Assembly: GCA_003210825.1 (NCBI GenBank)
Contig: QCUF01000002.1
Span: 2,285 to 66,284 of the forward strand
Length of the DNA: 64,000 bases
Source: Prochlorococcus sp. AG-676-P15-1
Lineage (GTDB): Bacteria > Cyanobacteriota > Cyanobacteriia > PCC-6307 > Cyanobiaceae
Direction: 5' to 3'
The notes under the pieces were generated by a model. The model made no database searches, was not told the origin of the DNA, and saw nothing but the letters and a program-made list of their open reading frames with translations. The translations under genes were made by a program, and so were the position numbers. Positions 42,069-51,578 of this stretch are shown one piece after another. Every line of letters starts with the position of its first letter. Position 1 is the first letter of the stretch.

Positions 42069-42599
42069 TTAATAAAAGAAAATCAAATCGAATTCCTTTT
42101 TATTATCGTTGATAATAAATTCTGATTCAAGACCTTTGACGAAAAACCTGTTTAACCTCTCTTGTTTCTCAATCCATTGTTCAAAGGGCACATCATTGAT
42201 TTCAAAATGCATCTTAAAACCATTCTTTTCTTCTTTTGTAATTTCTTCAATCTCTTTAAGTTGGGGAGGATTATCTTCATTCCATAAATTTAAGGCCTCT
42301 AATGAAGATTCAAGATGCGCTTTTATTCCATACCTCCACCTGGTTACATCTCTAACTAATTCGGTTAATTCTTTGGGTCTATTAAATTTATTGGTCTTAA
42401 AATCATTTCTATTTACTAATTTTACTGGAGGTATTTCTGAAGTTTTCAAACCAAGTCCAATCAGTAAAATAGGGACTCCATAAAAGAACGTAGGCACGCT
42501 TAGATTTACTGAATCAGTAAAATAAGCAGTCATTCCAATAAAAGCCAAAACACCTCCTGCGACTGTTATTATATTTGCAGGAGATAGGTATTTCTTCAT
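42069..42599 (-). CDS. DUF2854-like conserved membrane protein
   Basis: Two N-terminal TM helices, [26 protein letters not shown]. Confidence 0.78.
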   Translation of the reverse strand: MKKYLSPANIITVAGGVLAFIGMTAYFTDSVNLSVPTFFYGVPILLIGLGLKTSEIPPVKLVNRNDFKTNKFNRPKELTELVRDVTRWRYGIKAHLESSLEALNLWNEDNPPQLKEIEEITKEEKNGFKMHFEINDVPFEQWIEKQERLNRFFVKGLESEFIINDNKKEFDLIFFY

Positions 42600-42620
42600 T
42601 TTGTTTTATTACAAAAGTTA

Positions 42621-42812
42621 TTGAATATTATGCAAGATCATAATTCTACAAATCAAGAAGATTTAATTTTAAGACTTGATCAAGATAGAGCATGGTTGTT
42701 AGAAAATCTTGATAAAGGTAAATGGTCAGAGATTAGGAGTGAACTAGCTGATCTTGAAAGAAAAATAAGCAAACTCATTATACGTGTTCAAGAATCAAAT
42801 TTTGAGACTTGA
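42621..42812 (+). CDS. Small hypothetical coiled-coil protein
   Basis: LRLDQDRAWLL..LD.GKW.E.R..LA.LER; fills the gap between flanking genes. Confidence 0.65.
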   Translation: MNIMQDHNSTNQEDLILRLDQDRAWLLENLDKGKWSEIRSELADLERKISKLIIRVQESNFET

Positions 42813-42814
42813 TT

Positions 42815-43264
42815 TTAAAAAGGTATTTCGTCAACTTCAGGAACTAAAGGAGAAGTGTCCCATTGTGAATTTTCGGGATTCCCTGATTTTTCTTCAGGAG
42901 AATTGCTATTGTTGCTATGAGAGATGTTAGTTTCTTTATTCTCTGAGGTTATTTGTACTCCTGGACTTATATTATGAATTCTAGAAGCTGTTAGTTCAGG
43001 CTGCTTTTCCTTAGTGCCATCTTTTCTTGTTACTGAGTTCATTCTTAAACGTCCCTCAATAACTATGTTTTGACCTTCTTTTAATTCTTCCACCATTTCT
43101 TGCGCAATAGTACCCCAACCTAAAACTTTTAACTCTCTAAGTGGATCTTCATCGCGTAATCCTTTAAAATTTACAGTCATTTCAGCAATGGGTGTTTTAT
43201 TCTCTTTGGTATATCTCATCTGAGGAGAGCTATTTATTACGGCTTGAATTAAACAATGATTCAT
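42815..43264 (-). CDS. ssb: Single-stranded DNA-binding protein (divergent)
   Basis: PQMRYT, WG..A, IEGRLRM OB-fold pattern; C-terminal DEIPF tail. Confidence 0.85.
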   Translation of the reverse strand: MNHCLIQAVINSSPQMRYTKENKTPIAEMTVNFKGLRDEDPLRELKVLGWGTIAQEMVEELKEGQNIVIEGRLRMNSVTRKDGTKEKQPELTASRIHNISPGVQITSENKETNISHSNNSNSPEEKSGNPENSQWDTSPLVPEVDEIPF

Positions 43265-43293
43265 TAACTTTCTATTTAATTACAGATATCTTG

Positions 43294-44103
43294 ATGCACA
43301 ATTCAGAAAATTGCCACGAAAATGTTTGGATCCTTTCAGGAACTTCAGATGGACCAGTCATCGTGAACAAACTATTAAAACTAAATTATGTAGTATTTGT
43401 AAGTGTTGTCACGCATAAAGGAAGTAAATCTTACGTTGAAAATTCAAAGTTACACATCATTACAGGAAAATTAAATGATTCAAGTGAAATCATCAACTTT
43501 ATTGAAAAAAATAAAATTAATTATGTAATAGATGCATCGCATCCATTTGCTTTAATTATTTCTCAAAATCTAAATGAAGCATGTAAAAAAATCAAAAAGC
43601 CTCTTTTGGCTTTTGAAAGGAAATCGGAAATAAAGCCTTTTAAAAACTTTATTTACATAAATGATTTAAAAAAAATAAATAAGGAAGCTTTAGTAAATAA
43701 AAATATTCTTTTAGCAATAGGATCTAGATTATTAAATGAGACTGCAAGTTATTATTTAAAAAATGGTGCAAATGTATTTACAAGAGTAATTCCAACATAT
43801 GAAAGTATATCCAAAGCTTTTGCCTCATGTATAAAAAATTCAAACATAGCAATTCTTGAACCTAGTAAAAACAAAGGTAACATTTTAGAAAAAAAACTAT
43901 GTGATCATTGGAAGATAGATTATATACTTTGTAGAGATTCCGGAAGTTATGCACAAATGAATTGGGAGGAAATTGTTTATAAAAGTGATATGAAGTTATT
44001 TTTAGTAAAAAGGCCAAAACTAAAATTTAAAAACCCTCTTATATTTTTTGATTATGATAAATTGATAAATCAATTAACTGGCAAAATCCACAATCTAGGA
44101 TGA
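43294..44103 (+). CDS. cobK: Precorrin-6A/cobalt-precorrin-6A reductase
   Basis: ILSGTSDG, VIDASHPFA..IS.N, LLAIGS, RDSG, VKRP. Start set at ATG 43294 to avoid overlap with ssb. Confidence 0.88.
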   Translation: MHNSENCHENVWILSGTSDGPVIVNKLLKLNYVVFVSVVTHKGSKSYVENSKLHIITGKLNDSSEIINFIEKNKINYVIDASHPFALIISQNLNEACKKIKKPLLAFERKSEIKPFKNFIYINDLKKINKEALVNKNILLAIGSRLLNETASYYLKNGANVFTRVIPTYESISKAFASCIKNSNIAILEPSKNKGNILEKKLCDHWKIDYILCRDSGSYAQMNWEEIVYKSDMKLFLVKRPKLKFKNPLIFFDYDKLINQLTGKIHNLG

Positions 44104-44423
44104 AGAAAGTTTTACTTTTAGTAGCGACTGAATATAATAAAAAAAAAGCTAAAAAAATAGCTAAGTTATTACTCAAAAAAAAACTTGCAGCGTGTGTCTC
44201 ATTAAAAGAGATCAATTCTATTTATGAGTGGAAAGGAAAAATTGAAGAGGTTAATGAGGTGGAAATTAAAATAAAAAGTAATCCAGAATTGAAAAATGCT
44301 TTGGAAGTTTTCTTACAAAAGCGTATATCTTATGATGTACCTCAAATTATTTATAAAAAATTTAATTCTGAAAAAAAATATTTTAATTGGGTAAAAAAAT
44401 CTTGCTCAGACCAAGTGTGCTAG
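44100..44423 (+). CDS. cutA: Divalent-cation tolerance protein CutA
   Basis: LAACV, SIYEWKGKIE...E, SYDVPQI, Y.NWV. Confidence 0.9.
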   Translation: MKKVLLLVATEYNKKKAKKIAKLLLKKKLAACVSLKEINSIYEWKGKIEEVNEVEIKIKSNPELKNALEVFLQKRISYDVPQIIYKKFNSEKKYFNWVKKSCSDQVC

Positions 44424-45431
44424 TAATAACTTTTGAAGATTAATATTAGATCTAGAACCTAGCTGAGTAATTATATGACCAGCGCATATAGAGCCTATTT
44501 CTCCGCACTTTTTTAAAGAATAATTATTAATTAGTCCATGTATAAACCCACCAGCATAAAGATCTCCTGCGCCGGTTGTATCAATAATTTTTCCTAATAT
44601 TTTTGGTTTTATTTCTTCAGACTTGCCTTTATTGATAACTAAAGAACCTTTACTACCTAAAGTAATTATTACTAATTTGCATATTGAAGAAATAGATTCT
44701 TGGCATCTTTGTAAATCATTTTCTTGAAATAGACTCAAGACTTCTGATTCATTACAAAAAACTATATCTATATAATTTTCAATTAAATCTATGAAACTTT
44801 CTCGATGCCTATCTACACAAAAAGAGTCCGATAATGAAAGTATTATTTTTGTATCTGATTCTTTGGCAAGCTTTGCAGCCTGAAGAAAGGCATTTTTGGC
44901 TAAATCACTATCCCATAAGTATCCTTCCAAGTATAAATATTTACTATTTGCTATTAAATTATAATTAACATCTTTAGGCTCAAATTCAATAGATGCCCCC
45001 AAATATGTACACATTGTTCTTTGAGCATCTGGAGTGATAAAAATTATTGAATGTGCACTTGAGGGCCCTTTATCTATTGGCAGGGTGTTAAAAATTGTAT
45101 TACTTCTTTTAATATCATTAGAGAAGAAATTTCCAAAGTTGTCATTCTTTACTCTTCCAATAAATTGAACATTATTATCTAATTCAGCCAAACATACGAC
45201 AGTATTAGCAGACGAACCTCCTGATATTTTTTTTATTACTGTGCAATTTTTTAATAAAGCTTCAGATTCATTAGAGTTAATAAGATTCATAGATCCCTTT
45301 TTAAGGGTATTTATCTCTAAAAAATTATCATCCACATTAACAATAATATCGACTATTGCATTTCCTATTCCAATAAGGTCAATATCTTTTTTAAGATCAG
45401 AATGGTTGTTTTTTTCTATCATTAAGATCAA
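44406..45431 (-). CDS. PfkB family kinase (adenosine kinase-like)
   Basis: GNAIVD, GGSSANT, AQRTMCTYLGA, LEGYLW, FCNESE, DTTGAGDLYAGGF. Confidence 0.9.
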   Translation of the reverse strand: MILMIEKNNHSDLKKDIDLIGIGNAIVDIIVNVDDNFLEINTLKKGSMNLINSNESEALLKNCTVIKKISGGSSANTVVCLAELDNNVQFIGRVKNDNFGNFFSNDIKRSNTIFNTLPIDKGPSSAHSIIFITPDAQRTMCTYLGASIEFEPKDVNYNLIANSKYLYLEGYLWDSDLAKNAFLQAAKLAKESDTKIILSLSDSFCVDRHRESFIDLIENYIDIVFCNESEVLSLFQENDLQRCQESISSICKLVIITLGSKGSLVINKGKSEEIKPKILGKIIDTTGAGDLYAGGFIHGLINNYSLKKCGEIGSICAGHIITQLGSRSNINLQKLLLAHLV

Positions 45432-45440
45432 ATTTCTTGA

Positions 45441-46823
<1,383 letters not shown>

Positions 46824-46832
46824 TCATTTGTA

Positions 46833-47270
46833 TTAACTTTCTCTGAGAACCATTTTTTCGGCAAGAGTGAATTCTTTTGTTAAACGCTCTTTAAGCTTAT
46901 CTGGTAGAGGCCTAGTTGCAAAGTTTTTGTAATGACCTGCCATGGCATTTAACGCTGTTTGCATTGTCGTGAATGATTGAGTTTTATTAACCATACCTCT
47001 GTTTCTGTATCTAGAAATATAGTCAGTTATTAGAGCGAGTGATTCATCTCTAACATCATCCTTATCAGGAGAATCTTTTGGAGTTTCAACTGCAATTTGT
47101 AGGGTTTTAACAACTGATATTGTATCTTTAACGTAATCACCGGTCATAGAAGTCTTTGCTGCATATGATGGGGAATTAAATAATGTAAAAAAAACAGATA
47201 AACATAAAGCAAAAGATAATGCTTTAACAAAAAATTTATAAAATAATTCAGTCATTTTTTTAACTAACAT
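46833..47270 (-). CDS. psb27: Photosystem II assembly factor Psb27
   Basis: MTGDYVKDT..VV..L, ITDYISRYR, SFTTMQTALNAMAGHY, RPLP.KLKERL. Confidence 0.93.
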   Translation of the reverse strand: MLVKKMTELFYKFFVKALSFALCLSVFFTLFNSPSYAAKTSMTGDYVKDTISVVKTLQIAVETPKDSPDKDDVRDESLALITDYISRYRNRGMVNKTQSFTTMQTALNAMAGHYKNFATRPLPDKLKERLTKEFTLAEKMVLRES

Positions 47271-47296
47271 AATTTAACTCCGGAAAAATTTTAGCT

Positions 47297-49099
47297 TTAA
47301 GATTTTTTATTGTACATTACTTTTGATTCGGAAATAAATTTCTCTAATAAATTTTTAGATGCAATCTTAATTTTACTTTTTCTTAATCGGGAGAAGAATT
47401 CTACTTCTTTGTGAATTGAATCTCGGCCAATAATTATTTGAAAAGGAATTCCAATTAAATCTGCATCTTTAAATTTCACTCCTGCTCTATCATCTCGGTC
47501 GTCAAGGAGGACATCGATTTGGTTACTTCTAAACTCTTCATAAATCTCTTCAGTAAGTGCTTTTTGAATCGGATCTTTCAAATTAGTTGGAATAATTAAA
47601 ATCTCAAACGGAGAAATTTGAATTGGCCAAGAAATACCATTCTCATCATGATTCTGTTCAATTGCTGCTTGGGCTATTCTTGTTACTCCTATTCCATAAC
47701 AACCCATCCATAAATCTTTCAATTGACCATCCTTATCGGAAAACTTTGCATTTAATTTCTCACTATATTTTTGGCCTAATTGAAAAATATGTCCAATTTC
47801 AATTCCTCTTTTTTCTTTTAACTCTTCATTACTTTCAAGGCTGACAATATCTCCTTTTTTTGCATTCCTTATATCTGATATTATGAATTTTTTCTCAATA
47901 AATGAAAACGTTCGGAATACTTTGTGAAAATCAACTTTATTACCACCACTTACAAAACTTGAAAGACTACTAACAGAGTAGTCAGCGATTCTTATCCAAC
48001 TTTTATCCCAACTGGAATTAATTTTTATTGTTTCATCATTTATGTCTGGACCAATAAAACCTAATGGAAAATTAGTTAGATTTTTATTAATAATTGCTTT
48101 GTCTTCAACTATTTTCAGGTTTATTAAATTTGAATTATATTTTTTATTGATCAAATTAAAAAGCTTTACTTCATTAATATTTTGATCACCTCTAATACAT
48201 GTGATGATTGGGACTTCAGATTTATCTTCAAATTTTGCAAGAAATATAACGACTTTAATTATTTGACTCGAATCTAAATTATTATTTTTACAAACATCAA
48301 CAATAGATTTTTGATTAGGGGTTTCTATCCATTCATCATGGAAATTTATTAAAGGAATCTCTTTGGATGGCAAAGAAACAGCTTTTTCAATATTGGCCGC
48401 ATATGAACCACTCTCAGTAAATAAAATAGAATCTTCTCCAGCATCTGCTGTTACCATAAATTCCTTAGATGCTGCTCCTCCAATTGCTCCACTATCGGCA
48501 TCCACTCCGACTGTTTCTAATCCACAATTTTTAAAAATATTTTCATAAGCTTTTTCCATTTTTTCGTAAAAAGAAGATAAATCTTCTTTTGAAGAGTGAA
48601 AAGAATAAGCATCCTTCATTATAAATTCCCTACTTCTCATTAATCCAAATCTAGGTCTTATCTCATCTCTAAATTTTGTTTGTATTTGGTAAAAACACAA
48701 AGGAAGTTGTTTATATGAATTTATCATTTCTGATGCAATACTTGTTATGACCTCTTCATGTGTAGGTGCCAAGCCAAATTCTTTTCCTTGCCTATCCTTT
48801 AAATTAAACATTATACCTTCCCCAGCGGTGTAACCTTCCCATCTATCACTTTTTTTCCATAACTCTGCTGGGTGGAGTTGGGGTAAAAGTAATTTTGAAC
48901 AATTAATATTATTAAGTTCTTCCTCAATTATTGCAGATATTTTTTCGATAACTCTAAGCATTATTGGCATGTATGCATAAATGCCACTATTAACTCTGCG
49001 AATATAACCCCCTTTTAAAAGTAATTGATGAGAAATAATTTCTGCTTCAGAAGGAGTGTCACGAAGCGTCCCCAGAGGAAATGAGGTGGTGACGCGCAT
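47297..49099 (-). CDS. proS: Proline--tRNA ligase (with INS editing domain)
   Basis: SHQLL, PTHEE, KFRDEIRPRFGLMR.REF.MKD.YSF, GIEIGHIFQLG, MGCYGIG..R. Confidence 0.98.
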   Translation of the reverse strand: MRVTTSFPLGTLRDTPSEAEIISHQLLLKGGYIRRVNSGIYAYMPIMLRVIEKISAIIEEELNNINCSKLLLPQLHPAELWKKSDRWEGYTAGEGIMFNLKDRQGKEFGLAPTHEEVITSIASEMINSYKQLPLCFYQIQTKFRDEIRPRFGLMRSREFIMKDAYSFHSSKEDLSSFYEKMEKAYENIFKNCGLETVGVDADSGAIGGAASKEFMVTADAGEDSILFTESGSYAANIEKAVSLPSKEIPLINFHDEWIETPNQKSIVDVCKNNNLDSSQIIKVVIFLAKFEDKSEVPIITCIRGDQNINEVKLFNLINKKYNSNLINLKIVEDKAIINKNLTNFPLGFIGPDINDETIKINSSWDKSWIRIADYSVSSLSSFVSGGNKVDFHKVFRTFSFIEKKFIISDIRNAKKGDIVSLESNEELKEKRGIEIGHIFQLGQKYSEKLNAKFSDKDGQLKDLWMGCYGIGVTRIAQAAIEQNHDENGISWPIQISPFEILIIPTNLKDPIQKALTEEIYEEFRSNQIDVLLDDRDDRAGVKFKDADLIGIPFQIIIGRDSIHKEVEFFSRLRKSKIKIASKNLLEKFISESKVMYNKKS

Positions 49100-49274
49100 A
49101 AAAAAAACTTATAAATTTAATTAACTTTATCAATTAAGGTGTAAAAAAAATTAAAGTGTCTTGAGTCCCTGAAGGCAGGTAGTTTAGATTTATTCTTTCT
49201 GCTAGTTTCTGCAATAATAAAACTTAAGACTTTTCAGTAAATTCATTAATCTGAATTACATTTTTAATAAAGTT

Positions 49275-49625
49275 ATGCAAAATATAGATTCTAATATTTC
49301 TAGTTCAGAAGAATTAGTTGGCATTGATGAAGTTCAGAAATTCCTGAACAGATCAAGAGCTTCAGTTTACAGGTACACAAATACAGATCTGAGAAATTTA
49401 AATCCTAGCTTTAACCCAAGAAAATTAAATCCTGAATATAGAACGGATCAGAAAGAGGCATTACGTTTTCACCCTAATGAAATTGCAAGATTTGCTAAGG
49501 ATATTTTAAGAATTAAAGAGGTCACTGTTGAAGTTTTTAATTCTCCATCTTCAGCTGCTCAAAATACTCTTTTACAAATTCTTGAAGAATTAAAAAGTAT
49601 TCGCTCTTTACTAGAAAAAGATTAG
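49275..49625 (+). CDS. Conserved protein with an N-terminal AlpA/excisionase-like HTH
   Basis: VGIDEVQKFLNRSRASVYRY pattern; C-terminal amphipathic helix LLQILEELKSIRSLL. Confidence 0.7.
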   Translation: MQNIDSNISSSEELVGIDEVQKFLNRSRASVYRYTNTDLRNLNPSFNPRKLNPEYRTDQKEALRFHPNEIARFAKDILRIKEVTVEVFNSPSSAAQNTLLQILEELKSIRSLLEKD

Positions 49626-49723
49626 TTTAAAATTTATTTTTAAACTATATTTTGATTTATGTACTTTTTGATTGTAGGATGTTCTTGTTAAGTTTATTAC
49701 TCAACTTTTAACAAGTAAATCTC

Positions 49724-49978
49724 TTGAGATACACAAATTCAAAGCAGTTTGTCAAAAGTAATCTAAGCGAAAAATCTTCTCTTATTACTATTTCAAGTGA
49801 AATGGAAAGAGATGATGATGACCCTTTTAGTATAAAGAGTTTATCAATTTCATTTCTTGGAATCTTAATAGCGTTCCTGACAATTTTATTGCCATCTATT
49901 AGTATTTTGCTTGGTAGACCTTTATCTCAAAGAAATGAGATTACTTCTTTTCATTTAATTAAAAAAGATGGATCTTAG
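49724..49978 (+). CDS. Small hypothetical membrane protein
   Basis: Single TM (FLGILIAFLTILLPSISILL); stop overlaps the next start; true start uncertain. Confidence 0.55.
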   Translation: MRYTNSKQFVKSNLSEKSSLITISSEMERDDDDPFSIKSLSISFLGILIAFLTILLPSISILLGRPLSQRNEITSFHLIKKDGS

Positions 49979-50516
49979 TTTGATACCTCCATCTCCAAGG
50001 AAGGGCGTAGTTAATTTAATTGTTGAAATACCAGCTGGAAGCAGGAATAAATATGAATATTGTTCTCAAGCTGGAATTATGGCACTTGATAGAATTTTGC
50101 ATTCTTCAGTACGCTACCCATTTGACTATGGCTTTATCCCAAACACCCTCGCTGATGATGGAGCTCCACTAGATGCGATGGTAATCATGGATGAACCCAC
50201 ATTTGCAGGTTGTCTAATAAAAGCAAGACCTATAGGAGTCTTAGATATGCATGATTGTGGGCAATATGATGCGAAACTTTTATGTGTTCCTATATCTAAT
50301 CCTAGGCAAGAAAATATAATTAGTATTAATCAAATAGCTCCTAATCAATTAGAAGATGTTGCAGAATTTTTTAGAACAAGTAAAGGTTTAGATGGAAGGA
50401 CGGTTCAAATAGATGGTTGGAGAGATTTTGAAGTAGTTGAAGAACTTTTAAGAAAATGTAAACCAAAAAAAAAGAAATCTTTTAAAGTTTTAAAAAAATC
50501 ATCAATAGTTAAATAA
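49968..50516 (+). CDS. ppa: Family I inorganic pyrophosphatase paralog with degenerate active site
   Basis: VEIPAGSRNKYE, LDR, YPFDYGFIPNTL, but DGAPLD instead of DGDPLD and RTSK instead of xxYK. Confidence 0.88.
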   Translation: MDLSLIPPSPRKGVVNLIVEIPAGSRNKYEYCSQAGIMALDRILHSSVRYPFDYGFIPNTLADDGAPLDAMVIMDEPTFAGCLIKARPIGVLDMHDCGQYDAKLLCVPISNPRQENIISINQIAPNQLEDVAEFFRTSKGLDGRTVQIDGWRDFEVVEELLRKCKPKKKKSFKVLKKSSIVK

Positions 50517-50517
50517 A

Positions 50518-50874
50518 TTGAAAAGAATAATTTTTTATAGCTACCCAAAATGCTCTACATGTAGAAAAGCATCGAAGTGGCTTGATCAAAATAATATTGA
50601 TTACCAATTAATAGATATTGTAAGAGATCCACCTTCAAAAAAATTTTTGGAACTGGCTTTAATACAATTTTCATTAGACACAAAAAAGATATTTAACACA
50701 AGAGGTAAAAGTTATAAGTCAATAGATATTGATATTCTTGACCTAACAAAAAAAAGAATTATTGAACTATTGTCAAATGATGGAAAATTAATCAAAAGAC
50801 CATTTTTAATAATTAACGAAAGTAAATTAATACTTGGATTCGATGAATCTGAATATATCGCTAATCTCAAATAG
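50518..50874 (+). CDS. ArsC/Spx/MgsR family protein
   Basis: Y.YPKCSTCRKA..WL, FNTRG..Y, LIKRP, GF. Confidence 0.88.
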   Translation: MKRIIFYSYPKCSTCRKASKWLDQNNIDYQLIDIVRDPPSKKFLELALIQFSLDTKKIFNTRGKSYKSIDIDILDLTKKRIIELLSNDGKLIKRPFLIINESKLILGFDESEYIANLK

Positions 50875-50903
50875 ATATTTAATTTTATAATTTTGATAGT
50901 TTT

Positions 50904-51578
50904 ATGAATTTCTCTTTTAAAAATATATTTCTTGAGTGGGGACCATTACTTTTCTTAGCTTTTTTTGTTTCTTCTTGTAGATCTTTTTTAGCAGAACCTC
51001 GCTACATTCCCTCTGGTTCAATGCTTCCTGAATTACAAATAAATGATAGATTAATTATTGAAAAAATTTCCTTAAAAAATTCATCACCTCAAAGGGGAGA
51101 TATTATTGTCTTTAAATCCCCTTTCTCTTTTGATGAAAAACTTGTTGCATCAAGATCTAATCCATTACCAAATAAAAGTTATTGTTTTTTTATGGGTTTC
51201 CCTCCAATTTCATTGATCCCTGGGTTAAGAGATCAAGCTTGTGATGCGTACATAAAAAGAGTAGTAGCTTTGCCTGGCGAATTAGTTAGTGTCAATATTA
51301 AAGGTGAAGTGATAGTTAATAACAAAAAGATTTTTGAGCCATATGTTACTAAGTTCTGTTCCGATACTTTATTTAATAATTGCGGAGAATTTAAAAGTTT
51401 GGAGGTGCCAAAGGATCATTTTTTGGTTTTAGGTGATAATAGGTCAAATAGTTGGGATGGAAGATATTGGCCTGGAGGTAAATTTCTTCATAAAAAAGAA
51501 ATAATTGGAAAAGCTTATTTTAGGTTTTGGCCTTTAAATAATTTTGGCCTTTTTAAAAATCAAGCCCTACATGAATGA
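50904..51578 (+). CDS. lepB: Signal peptidase I
   Basis: IPSGSMLP.L..NDR (Ser), YIKRVVALPG (Lys), LGDNR.NS.DGRYW. Confidence 0.95.
   Translation: MNFSFKNIFLEWGPLLFLAFFVSSCRSFLAEPRYIPSGSMLPELQINDRLIIEKISLKNSSPQRGDIIVFKSPFSFDEKLVASRSNPLPNKSYCFFMGFPPISLIPGLRDQACDAYIKRVVALPGELVSVNIKGEVIVNNKKIFEPYVTKFCSDTLFNNCGEFKSLEVPKDHFLVLGDNRSNSWDGRYWPGGKFLHKKEIIGKAYFRFWPLNNFGLFKNQALHE

Noticed and set aside
41342-42483. + strand ORFs at 41342, 41675 and 42109
   Set aside because: Antisense shadows of argB and the DUF2854-like gene with S/L/F/I-rich composition.
43192-43293. N-terminal extension of cobK in the ORF track
   Set aside because: Overlaps the start of the divergent ssb; the ATG at 43294 gives a normal-length protein.
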